DNA of 13,859 nucleotides, from positions 1 to 13,859 of the IMG/VR virus record IMGVR_UViG_2690315992_000015; one strand, 5' to 3'. Source of the stretch: a virus. Lineage: Duplodnaviria; Heunggongvirae; Uroviricota; Caudoviricetes. Of the stretch, positions 1 through 7,553 are shown piece after piece; position 1 is the stretch's first letter, and every line of letters starts with the position of its first letter. The notes beneath the pieces were generated by a model, which saw only the letters and a list, made by a program, of their open reading frames with translations, did not search any database and was not told where the DNA came from. The position numbers and the translations under genes were made by a program.

Positions 1-462
1 TTATTTCACTTCTTTAAAACCAGCGGCTTTCATCACCAGTTCCATTTGCGCCATAGTGATACCTTTTTTGGCATCTTCAGCAGAAACGTTGATTCCTGAA
101 ATACCCTGCAGGGCTTTAAAATCCACTTTTTCCATATCGATAGTCACGTTTTCCTGCGCGTAGGTATCTGTATAGGTTAATTTTTCTTCAACACCCGCGA
201 TGTTTTTGTATTTGGCGCTTAACGGCTCAAGTGTCTTGGCAGCGTCTTCTTTGGTGGTTGCACCAATAGAAGCAAATTGAATTTTGGTTTCAGAAGATTG
301 CTTAAGCACCTTGTCACCTTTGTAGACATAGGTAATGGCAATTTCAGTGCCGTTCAGATTGGCGCTGAATTTCTTCGATTCTTCTTTGTCACCGCAGCCA
401 GCAAGAGAGAAAACCAGAACAGATGCAACAACGAGGGAAAACAGCTTATTGAAAGCCTTCAT
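1..462 (-). CDS. yehR: DUF1307-family lipoprotein (YehR-like)
   Basis: Minus-strand ORF whose stop (TAA) is at 1-3. N-terminus MKAFNKLFSLVVASVLVFSLAGC has a hydrophobic signal peptide and a LAGC lipobox. GGAG lies about 8 nt upstream of the ATG at 460-462, so the track's 474 start (MEFYMKAF) is probably an over-extension. Identity as YehR is from recalled similarity. Confidence 0.8.
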   Translation of the reverse strand: MKAFNKLFSLVVASVLVFSLAGCGDKEESKKFSANLNGTEIAITYVYKGDKVLKQSSETKIQFASIGATTKEDAAKTLEPLSAKYKNIAGVEEKLTYTDTYAQENVTIDMEKVDFKALQGISGINVSAEDAKKGITMAQMELVMKAAGFKEVK

Positions 463-491
463 GTAAAACTCCATTTTATTTAATCAAGAAA

Positions 492-508
492 CTGGTGACT
501 CTCACCAG
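492..508 (-). other. intergenic stem-loop (7-bp stem ctggtga / tcaccag, 3-nt loop) between yehQ stop and yehR start; possible attenuator or RNA-stabilising hairpin
   Basis: Perfect inverted repeat read directly from the sequence; on the minus strand it is followed by the T-rich TTTCTTGATT. Function not established. Confidence 0.3.
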
Positions 509-586
509 GGGCTATATAGAATATGCCTAATACCGTGACGTGAGCAGTCCGGAACTGGAGTAGAACTCTTAGTAAAAAGCACTATT

Positions 587-2587
587 TCATCCTTGTTGCT
601 GAAGCATGGGGAATAATTGTTCGCAAAGTAAAACACCGTTATTCATTGCTTCTACCCGTGCCTCGCTTTCTGTATTACGAAATTGTCCCAACACATGTGC
701 CAGCCGATAAAAACCGACCGCGGAGAGGTCATTCGCCAGCAACTCTGCCTGACTAATAGCGCTCTGTTCCTGATAGCGCCAGCCGTTATGGAGCAGTTGA
801 ATAAGTAACGCCTGGCAGCGCATCAGCAACTGATGAGCGGTAGACGGCACAGGCAAAACGCTGGCAGAAGGTAGCGGTGCCACAGGCGCAGTTTCTGCGT
901 CCAGCGCCCAGGCGCGGGTTTTTGTCATCATCACCCGTGGTTCCAGTGTCAATTGCCCATCAACAAAACTGACAAAGCCAGAAACCAGACTCACGGGGTC
1001 GTCTGTTTGTTGCAAAAGCGCCGCCATGCGTTCAACGGCAAAAGGAGAACAGGCAGATGCCGGAAGGGATAACGTCAGGAGATTATCTTCACCTTCGCCG
1101 CTGATTACCTGCGCATCCAGCGTCTGGCGGCTGCTATCCCAACCGAGCGAAATACACTCAGCGACCGGCAGAATAAATAAGTTATCGACCTGATTAAGAG
1201 GCCGTATGCAGGCGGGGGGACGCTGGCGTAAATATTCCCGCAAAGCCACAATGCCCGGCTGGCGTAACGGCGCGCTCAACATTTGCCAGGCATCAGGCGA
1301 CAGCGGCACAACGCTGCTTAAGCGGTTGCGGGTAGCTAACAGCAGCTCGCCATCGGCACTGCGTTTTGCTGCTTGTGAAACAATTTGCCCACCCGCCAGT
1401 GCGCCAGCCTGAAAACTAAACAGCCGACGCGTAGCTGCCGGTGAGTTTTCCTGTTCACTTCGCGGCCAACTGCGCGAAAGGTGCAAAATACTGCCGGTGT
1501 CGGGATCGGTAAACCAGATGCGTAAACCATAATGCTCAATATCCTGCCAGCAACGCATACCTAAAGACACCAGCCGCAGATGATCAAGCTTTGCTTCTCC
1601 GGCAATGCCAGAGCCAACGACCGTGCGCCACGGCACAGGAGGAACTTCACCAACACTGTCGCGCCGGGCCATCTCTTGTGCGCAATTTAATCGACTGTTT
1701 AATGCCGCAAGCTGACGTAAGCATTCTCCGGCATGATAGTGGCTGGCGCGAGTGTGGAAGGCATCAACGCTTGCCCGTAGCTGTCGTAGTGATTCACTCA
1801 CCCAGCGCCAGTTGCAGGCCTCTGCCGCCTGCAATGCGCGGTTGAATGCTGCCTCGTAGTGAATAAGCGGCTGGCTGATGCCGCCAAGCCATAATGCCTG
1901 GCTTAATTGCTGAACATATTGACGACACGTTTGGCCTTCTTCGCTGGCAAACGGATCGTCAGATGATGTGACGTGTTCGCTGCGCATCTGCCAGATTAAA
2001 TGGTTAAATTCTGCTTGCTGCGCTTTGGCCTCGACGAAGGCCTGCACAGCCAGTACGACATGTTCGCAAAGTGTGCCTTCAATACAATCACAACGGGCGA
2101 AACGAATACTGCTACGGGAATAAAAACGCACATCGCTCATCGGTAAGCGGGCAGAGGGAATTTCGCCCGGCGCACAGAACAACTCAATGGTGATGCCTTT
2201 AGCGACCAGCGCCTGCGCGCGTTTGCGGGTGGCATCGGGCAGGGTAGCCAGTTCTTCCAGCCAGATTGCCGGATCCCACTCTTCTTCTTTTTCCGTGGGC
2301 TGGACGGTGGCACAAAGTCGTTGATAACTTAACACCAGCATCACGCGATGACGGCACATGCCGCTGGCCCCGCAGCTGCACTGAGCCTCTTTCAGTGCCT
2401 GGCTGTTCGCCAGCTGGGTACGGACACCGTCACTGAAGGTGGCGATTAAAGCGCCGTTCTCATGGCTGATTTCCGGGACGTTGCCATTTTCCAGTTCCTT
2501 AAGACTGCGCTTAACAAAACCGGCATTGCTTAACGCCGTCAGTGCCTGCGGTGTCAGTTCTAATAATTCCGGACGTAGTGAATTCAT
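587..2587 (-). CDS. yehQ: SWIM zinc-finger domain protein (YehQ-like)
   Basis: Long minus-strand ORF with two CxC...CxH motifs (CSCGASGMCRH and CDCIEGTLCEH). The track ORF runs through the N gap as X residues; the real start is most likely the ATG at 2585-2587 (MNSLRPELL), 5 nt from the gap. Upstream partner genes would lie beyond the gap. Confidence 0.8.
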   Translation of the reverse strand: MNSLRPELLELTPQALTALSNAGFVKRSLKELENGNVPEISHENGALIATFSDGVRTQLANSQALKEAQCSCGASGMCRHRVMLVLSYQRLCATVQPTEKEEEWDPAIWLEELATLPDATRKRAQALVAKGITIELFCAPGEIPSARLPMSDVRFYSRSSIRFARCDCIEGTLCEHVVLAVQAFVEAKAQQAEFNHLIWQMRSEHVTSSDDPFASEEGQTCRQYVQQLSQALWLGGISQPLIHYEAAFNRALQAAEACNWRWVSESLRQLRASVDAFHTRASHYHAGECLRQLAALNSRLNCAQEMARRDSVGEVPPVPWRTVVGSGIAGEAKLDHLRLVSLGMRCWQDIEHYGLRIWFTDPDTGSILHLSRSWPRSEQENSPAATRRLFSFQAGALAGGQIVSQAAKRSADGELLLATRNRLSSVVPLSPDAWQMLSAPLRQPGIVALREYLRQRPPACIRPLNQVDNLFILPVAECISLGWDSSRQTLDAQVISGEGEDNLLTLSLPASACSPFAVERMAALLQQTDDPVSLVSGFVSFVDGQLTLEPRVMMTKTRAWALDAETAPVAPLPSASVLPVPSTAHQLLMRCQALLIQLLHNGWRYQEQSAISQAELLANDLSAVGFYRLAHVLGQFRNTESEARVEAMNNGVLLCEQLFPMLQQQG

Positions 2588-2592
2588 GACTG

Positions 2593-2606
2593 NNNNNNNN
2601 NNNNNN
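2593..2606. other. assembly gap (14 N)
   Basis: Literal run of n in the sequence; flanking sequence on the two sides belongs to different gene contexts. Confidence 0.97.
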
Positions 2607-2623
2607 ATCAAAAACAGGTTTCA

Positions 2624-3121
2624 TTATTTAGCCCTCACCAGAAAGTTAAATGCAATATTTCGCGGTCTGACAGCAACAAAATTCACACCATCACCCACAG
2701 AGTTACTGGTGAAATTAAATCGTGAAAATCCTGGCTGATTTCCGGCGATGCCATCATGAAAGTTAATTGCGTGTCCCGCACCTCCGCCTATATTCCCGGC
2801 AAACTGAGAAAAGTTTGTAGCTTCCTGCCAGCTTAATAATTCGCGACCACCATCTGCACCTCGCCCGTCATCCCAGATACGAATGAAATCACCGCGGGCT
2901 TCAGGTAATACCAGCGAAGGAAATACTTTCGCCAGCACAGGATAATCAGTGGCAGAGAATTTCGCGCCGTTGAACTTCAAAAACACCATACTGGACCAGC
3001 TGTCGATTACAGTATTTGGCATTGCAGCGGACGGCCAGAAGAACGGAACGCCAATAGCTGGAGCACCTTCTCCCAAACCAACGTTTAAGAAAATGCAGAG
3101 GTACCAGCTAACTGGCATCAT
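2624..3121 (-). CDS. phage tail-fibre variable C-terminal cassette (tail-collar-like domain), silent orientation of an invertible segment
   Basis: Gly/Asn-rich minus-strand ORF with the motif YPVLAKVFPSLVLPEARGDFIRIWDDGRG typical of the tail-collar region in Mu S / e14 StfP-type fibre tips. It begins next to the crossover site adjacent to the invertase gene and is closed upstream by a stop at 3131-3133, so it is not expressed as a full fibre in this orientation. The functional fusion point would be the crossover site, not the track's ATG. Confidence 0.55.
   Translation of the reverse strand: MMPVSWYLCIFLNVGLGEGAPAIGVPFFWPSAAMPNTVIDSWSSMVFLKFNGAKFSATDYPVLAKVFPSLVLPEARGDFIRIWDDGRGADGGRELLSWQEATNFSQFAGNIGGGAGHAINFHDGIAGNQPGFSRFNFTSNSVGDGVNFVAVRPRNIAFNFLVRAK
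3068..3093. other. hix/gix-like 26-bp invertase crossover site
   Basis: TTCTCCCAAACC-AA-CGTTTAAGAAAA: imperfect 12-bp inverted half-sites around a 2-bp core, fitting the recalled consensus TTnTCnnAAACC-nn-GGTTTnnGAnAA (compare hixL TTCTTGAAAACCAAGGTTTTTGATAA). It sits about 55 bp upstream of the invertase start, inside the 5' end of the fibre cassette. Confidence 0.55.
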
Positions 3122-3148
3122 CTCCGGTTTTTATTCAGGGGGATGATC

Positions 3149-3715
3149 ATGCTTATTGGCTATGTACGCGTGTCAACAAATGACCAGAACACCGATTTGC
3201 AACGTAATGCACTGAACTGCGCGGGATGTGAGCGGATTTTTGAGGACAAAATCAGTGGCACTAAGTCCGACAGACCGGGGCTGAAAAAACTACTCAGGAC
3301 ACTATCGGCAGGAGACACGCTGGTTGTCTGGAAGCTGGACAGGTTGGGGCGCAGTATGCGGCATCTTGTTACGCTGATAGAAGAGTTGCGCCAGCGTGGT
3401 GTGAATTTCAGAAGCCTGACTGACAGTATTGATACCAGTACCCCAATGGGCCGTTTCTTTTTTCATGTCATGGGTGCCCTGGCTGAAATGGAACGCGAAC
3501 TGATAGTTGAACGTACCAGGGCAGGGCTGGCTGCAGCTCGTGCCAAAGGCAGAGTAGGTGGACGCCGTCCTAAGTTGACCACCGAACAGTGGGCACAGAT
3601 TGGGCGTTTACTCGAGGCCGGAGAATCAATACAGCGTATTGCACTGATTTTTGATGTAGGCGTTTCTACCATTTATAGAAAATTTCCGGCAAATAAGATC
3701 AATGAATCCCCCTGA
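3149..3715 (+). CDS. pin: site-specific DNA invertase, serine recombinase (Pin/Gin/Cin/Hin family)
   Basis: N-terminus MLIGYVRVSTNDQNTDLQRNAL with the catalytic Ser in RVSTNDQ and a C-terminal HTH (VSTIYRKF); near-identical in pattern to e14 Pin as recalled. AGGGGG at 3137-3142 favours the ATG at 3149 over the track's 3143. Confidence 0.92.
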   Translation: MLIGYVRVSTNDQNTDLQRNALNCAGCERIFEDKISGTKSDRPGLKKLLRTLSAGDTLVVWKLDRLGRSMRHLVTLIEELRQRGVNFRSLTDSIDTSTPMGRFFFHVMGALAEMERELIVERTRAGLAAARAKGRVGGRRPKLTTEQWAQIGRLLEAGESIQRIALIFDVGVSTIYRKFPANKINESP

Positions 3716-3762
3716 ATCAGCATTATGTTGATTATCCCTGCAAGCAGACAAATACCGTTATT

Positions 3763-3780
3763 TTGTGTGAATAACGACAC
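3763..3780 (+). promoter_or_regulatory. candidate Ogr/Delta-dependent late promoter element (TGT-N12-ACA) for the FI operon
   Basis: TGTgtgaataacgacACA lies 78-95 bp upstream of the FI start codon. P2/P4 late promoters carry a TGT-N12-ACA dyad centred near -55 (established knowledge). A single motif occurrence; the transcription start is not verified. Confidence 0.45.
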
Positions 3781-3857
3781 AACTGCGCTTAGCTGTTTGT
3801 CAGGCACAATCACTTCAACATAGGGCGAAGCCTAATCCAATCAGGAGGTTCGCCACT

Positions 3858-5030
3858 ATGGCTCAGGATTACCACCACGGGGTGCGCGTTGTTGAAGTCA
3901 ACGAAGGCACCCGATCTATTACCACGGTGAGCACCGCCATCGTGGGTATGGTCTGCACGGGCGATGATGCCGATGCAAAAATGTTTCCTCTTAATAAACC
4001 CGTGCTGATCACTGATGTGCTGACTGCCAGCGGTAAAGCGGGTGAGTCAGGTACTCTGGCCCGTTCGCTGGATGCCATCGCTGACCAGGCAAAACCCGTG
4101 ACCATTGTTGTGCGTGTGCCGCAGGGTGAAACGGAAGACGAAACCACGACCAATATCATCGGCGCAGTGACTGCTGAAGGTAAAAAAACAGGTATGAAAG
4201 CCCTGTTATCTGCCCAGTCACAGCTCGGCGTTAAACCGCGCATTCTCGGCGTGCCAGGCCACGACACCAAGGCGGTAGCTACTGAGTTGCTGAGCGTGGC
4301 GCAACGCCTGCGTGGATTTGCTTACCTGTCAGCGTATGGCTGCAAGACAGTGCAGGAGGCGATCACTTACCGCGAAAACTTCAGCCAGCGCGAAGGGATG
4401 CTGATCTGGCCTGACTTTACTGGTTGGGACACGGTGCTGAATGCCGAAGCAACGGCATATGCCACCGCCCGTGCGCTTGGTCTGCGCGCCAAAATTGACG
4501 AGCAGACCGGATGGCACAAAAGCCTGTCCAACGTGGGCGTGAACGGTGTCACCGGAATTTCTGCAGATGTGTTCTGGGATCTGCAGGACCCGGCAACCGA
4601 TGCAGGTCTGCTGAACCAGAACGACGTCACCACGCTTGTGCGTAAAGACGGTTTCCGCTTCTGGGGTTCCCGCTGCCTGAGTGATGACCCGCTCTTTGCC
4701 TTCGAAAACTACACCCGCACGGCGCAGGTGCTGATGGACACGATGGCAGAAGCACACATGTGGGCGGTGGATAAACCGCTTAACCCGTCGCTGGCCCGCG
4801 ACATTATCGAAGGTATCCGCGCCAAAATGCGCAGCCTGGTCAGTCAGGGCTATCTCATTGGTGGTGATTGCTGGCTGGATGAGTCGGTGAACGACAAAGA
4901 CACGCTGAAAGCCGGAAAACTCACCATCGACTACGACTACACGCCAGTGCCGCCACTTGAAAACCTGATGCTGCGTCAGCGCATCACCGATCAGTACCTG
5001 GTGAATTTCGCCAGCCAGGTCAGCGCGTAA
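3858..5030 (+). CDS. FI: contractile tail sheath protein (P2 gpFI-like)
   Basis: 390-aa ORF with a strong AGGAGG RBS, in the conserved position at the head of the FI-FII-E-T-U-D operon; length and sequence are typical of the P2 sheath protein. Confidence 0.9.
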   Translation: MAQDYHHGVRVVEVNEGTRSITTVSTAIVGMVCTGDDADAKMFPLNKPVLITDVLTASGKAGESGTLARSLDAIADQAKPVTIVVRVPQGETEDETTTNIIGAVTAEGKKTGMKALLSAQSQLGVKPRILGVPGHDTKAVATELLSVAQRLRGFAYLSAYGCKTVQEAITYRENFSQREGMLIWPDFTGWDTVLNAEATAYATARALGLRAKIDEQTGWHKSLSNVGVNGVTGISADVFWDLQDPATDAGLLNQNDVTTLVRKDGFRFWGSRCLSDDPLFAFENYTRTAQVLMDTMAEAHMWAVDKPLNPSLARDIIEGIRAKMRSLVSQGYLIGGDCWLDESVNDKDTLKAGKLTIDYDYTPVPPLENLMLRQRITDQYLVNFASQVSA

Positions 5031-5039
5031 GGGGACAAC

Positions 5040-5555
5040 ATGGCATTACCACGCAAATTAAAACACCTGAACCTGTTTAACGACGGGAACAACTGGCAGG
5101 GGATCGTTGAGTCGCTGACGCTGCCGAAATTTACCCGCAAATATGAGAAGTATCGCGGCGGCGGAATGCCGGGTGCGGTGGATGTGGATCTGGGGCTTGA
5201 TGACAGTGCGCTGGACACAGAATTTTCCATTGGTGGTACTGAATTGCTGCTGTTTAAACAGATGGGTAAAGCCACGGTGGATGGCATCCAGCTGCGCTTT
5301 ACCGGCTCTATTCAGCGTGACGATACCGGGGAAGTGCAGGCCGTGGAGCTTGTCGTGCGTGGACGTCACAAAGAAGTGGATTCCGGCGAGTGGAAGACGG
5401 GCGAAAGCAACACCACCAAAGTGACCAGTACCAACAGCTACGCGAAGCTGACCATCAATGGTGAGGTGCTCTATGAAGTGGACCTTATCAACATGGTGGA
5501 AATTGTGGACGGTGTGGACCTGATGGAAGCGCACCGCAACGCCCTCGGCCTCTGA
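5040..5555 (+). CDS. FII: tail tube protein (P2 gpFII-like)
   Basis: 171-aa ORF 9 bp downstream of FI with an AGGGGA RBS; size and position match the P2 tube protein. Confidence 0.9.
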   Translation: MALPRKLKHLNLFNDGNNWQGIVESLTLPKFTRKYEKYRGGGMPGAVDVDLGLDDSALDTEFSIGGTELLLFKQMGKATVDGIQLRFTGSIQRDDTGEVQAVELVVRGRHKEVDSGEWKTGESNTTKVTSTNSYAKLTINGEVLYEVDLINMVEIVDGVDLMEAHRNALGL

Positions 5556-5566
5556 TATATCTGAAC

Positions 5567-5584
5567 GGCGCGGGATACCGCGCC
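5567..5584 (+). other. GC-rich hairpin (GGCGCGG-gata-CCGCGCC) between FII and E
   Basis: Perfect 7-bp GC stem read from the sequence; no U-tract follows, so it is more likely a partial attenuator or mRNA-stability element than a full terminator. Confidence 0.3.
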
Positions 5585-5609
5585 AGAACCCAATTGACAG
5601 GACAGCAAA

Positions 5610-5912
5610 ATGAGCGATAAGCAGACTGAAAAGACCATTCAACTGGATACCCCCATCAAGCGCGGTAAAACAGAAATCACCGAAATTGTGCTGCGTAAAC
5701 CGCAGTCCGGTGCGCTGCGCGGTACACGCCTGCAGGCCATTATGGATATGGATGTAAACGCGATGATGACCGTGATCCCCCGCATCTCCAGTCCGGCACT
5801 GACTGCACAGGAAATTGCAGAGATGGACCCGGCAGATCTCACTGCCATGTCGGTTGAGGTTGTCACTTTTTTGTTGAAGAAGTCGGTGCTTGCCGGTTTA
5901 CCGACAGCCTGA
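5610..5912 (+). CDS. E: tail assembly chaperone (P2 gpE-like)
   Basis: 100-aa ORF between the tube and tape-measure genes; the N-terminal pattern (LDTPIKRGKTEITEIVLRKP...GALRG) resembles P2 gpE; contains the slippery heptamer near its 3' end. Confidence 0.85.
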   Translation: MSDKQTEKTIQLDTPIKRGKTEITEIVLRKPQSGALRGTRLQAIMDMDVNAMMTVIPRISSPALTAQEIAEMDPADLTAMSVEVVTFLLKKSVLAGLPTA

Positions 5913-6046
5913 CGGTTGACGATCTGGTGGCAGATATCGCCACCATTTTTCACTGGCCGCCATCCGTTACTGACGTTATGCCGCTGACCGAAGTGCTGGA
6001 ATGGCGGTATAAAGCGATTCAGAGAAGCGGGGCCAACGATGAGTGA
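5610..6046 (+). CDS. E': E+E' fusion made by programmed -1 frameshift at T_TTT_TTG (5867-5873)
   Basis: The canonical P2 slippery heptamer is in the zero frame at 5867-5873. The -1 frame is open from 5873 to a TGA at 6044-6046 (VEEVGACRFTDSLTVDDLVADIATIFHWPPSVTDVMPLTEVLEWRYKAIQRSGANDE) and overlaps the T start, as in P2. Confidence 0.65.
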
Positions 6047-7553
6047 TAACAACCTGCGTCTGCAGGTCATTCTTAATGCGGTTGACAAGCTCACCCGTCC
6101 ATTTCGATCTGCGCAGGCCAGTTCAAGAGAACTGGCTGCTGCTGTCAAAAAATCCCGCGATGCAATAAAGCAGCTTGATCAGGCCGGGAGCAGTCTGGAC
6201 AGCTTCCGAAAGCTGCAGGCAGAAAATCAGAAATTAGGCGACAGGCTGAACTATGCCCGCCAGCGTGCAAATTTGCTCAGTCAGGAACTGGGAGCGATGG
6301 GGCCGCCTTCGCAACGTCAGGTTGTTGCTCTGGGCCGTCAACGGCTGGCTGTTCAGCGCCTGGAAGAACGCCAGAAAAAGCTGCAGCAGCAGACGGCGCT
6401 TGTGCGTGCTGAACTGTACCGGGCGGGAATTTCTGCGAAAGACGATGCGGGAGCAACTGCCCGTTTAGCCCGTGAAACATCACGTTATAACCAGGAACTT
6501 TCGAAACAGGAGGCGCGGCTGAAGCGACTGGGGGAAGCTCAGCGCAGGATGAATGCAGCGCGTGCCAGTTATGCCCGTTCGCTGGAGGTGCGTGATCGTA
6601 TTGCAGGTGCCGGAGCCACCACCACGGCTGCAGGGCTGGCAATGGGTGCGCCAGTGATGGCGGCAGTAAAAAGCTATACCAGCATGGAAGATGCCATGAA
6701 AGGTGTGGCAAAGCAGGTCAATGGTCTGCGTGACGATAATGGCAACCGCACTGCACGTTTTTATGAAATGCAGGATGCCATCAAGGCTGCCAGCGAACAG
6801 TTGCCGATGGAAAACGGTGCGGTGGACTTCGCTGCACTGGTTGAAGGTGGTGCGCGCATGAACGTCGCAAACCCTGACGACAGCTGGGAAGATCAGAAAC
6901 GTGACCTGCTGGCCTTCGCCAGTACGGCAGCAAAGGCGGCAACAGCCTTTGAGCTGCCAGCGGATGAACTGTCAGAAAGTCTGGGGAAAATCGCCCAGCT
7001 CTACAAAATCCCCACCCGCAATATTGAACAGCTCGGTGATGCGCTGAACTATCTGGATGATAACGCCATGTCGAAAGGGGCAGACATCATTGATGTGATG
7101 CAACGTCTGGGCGGTGTGGCTGACCGTCTGGATTATCGTAAAGCGGCGGCGCTGGGTTCCACCTTCCTGACACTGGGCGCTGCGCCAGAGGTTGCAGCCA
7201 GTGCAGCAAACGCGATGGTGCGTGAATTGTCCATTGCCACCATGCAAAGCAAGAGTTTCTTTGAAGGGATGAATCTGCTGAAACTCAATCCTGAAGTGAT
7301 TGAAAAGCAGATGACGAAGGATGCGATGGGAACCATCCAGCGCGTGCTGGAGAAGGTAAACGCGCTGCCGCAGGACAAGCGCCTGTCTGCCATGACTATG
7401 TTGTTTGGTAAAGAGTTTGGCGATGACGCGGCGAAACTGGCAAACAACCTGCCGGAACTGCAGCGTCAGTTAAAACTGACAGCGGGCAATGATGCGCTCG
7501 GCTCCATGCAGAAAGAATCCGACATTAACAAGGATTCACTTTCTGCGCAGTGA
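6039..7553 (+). CDS. T: tail tape measure protein, N-terminal 504 codons (P2 gpT-like), ends at an in-frame TGA
   Basis: Coiled-coil-rich, Ala/Gln/Arg/Leu-rich N-terminus typical of tape measure proteins, in the correct operon position. The TGA at 7551-7553 is followed in the same frame by the next ORF. Confidence 0.8.
   Translation: MSDNNLRLQVILNAVDKLTRPFRSAQASSRELAAAVKKSRDAIKQLDQAGSSLDSFRKLQAENQKLGDRLNYARQRANLLSQELGAMGPPSQRQVVALGRQRLAVQRLEERQKKLQQQTALVRAELYRAGISAKDDAGATARLARETSRYNQELSKQEARLKRLGEAQRRMNAARASYARSLEVRDRIAGAGATTTAAGLAMGAPVMAAVKSYTSMEDAMKGVAKQVNGLRDDNGNRTARFYEMQDAIKAASEQLPMENGAVDFAALVEGGARMNVANPDDSWEDQKRDLLAFASTAAKAATAFELPADELSESLGKIAQLYKIPTRNIEQLGDALNYLDDNAMSKGADIIDVMQRLGGVADRLDYRKAAALGSTFLTLGAAPEVAASAANAMVRELSIATMQSKSFFEGMNLLKLNPEVIEKQMTKDAMGTIQRVLEKVNALPQDKRLSAMTMLFGKEFGDDAAKLANNLPELQRQLKLTAGNDALGSMQKESDINKDSLSAQ

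Noticed and set aside
463-474. Longer N-terminal extensions suggested by the ORF track for yehR (474), pin (3143) and ogr (10753)
   Set aside because: In each case a Shine-Dalgarno sequence is correctly spaced for the internal ATG, and the shorter product matches the expected family length.
1206-2381. Short ORFs on both strands inside yehQ
   Set aside because: Entirely contained within the long yehQ reading frame; no independent support.
2439-2738. 99-aa plus-strand ORF spanning the N run
   Set aside because: Artifact: reads through unknown bases (X) and is antisense to the yehQ 5' end and the fibre cassette.
3716-3857. Possible cargo or defence gene at the P2 Z/fun position between fibre/invertase and FI
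   Set aside because: Only 142 bp of non-coding DNA; the one small ORF (ATG at 3724, 34 codons) has no RBS. No cargo is present beyond the invertase.
3869-4757. Minus-strand ORFs of 88-142 aa inside the sheath gene
   Set aside because: Antisense to a confidently identified CDS; compositionally biased, no start context.
7551-7553. Selenocysteine recoding of the TGA in the tape measure gene
   Set aside because: No reason to expect selenoproteins in phage tail proteins and I could not see a convincing SECIS-like hairpin immediately downstream; nonsense mutation or sequencing error is far more likely.
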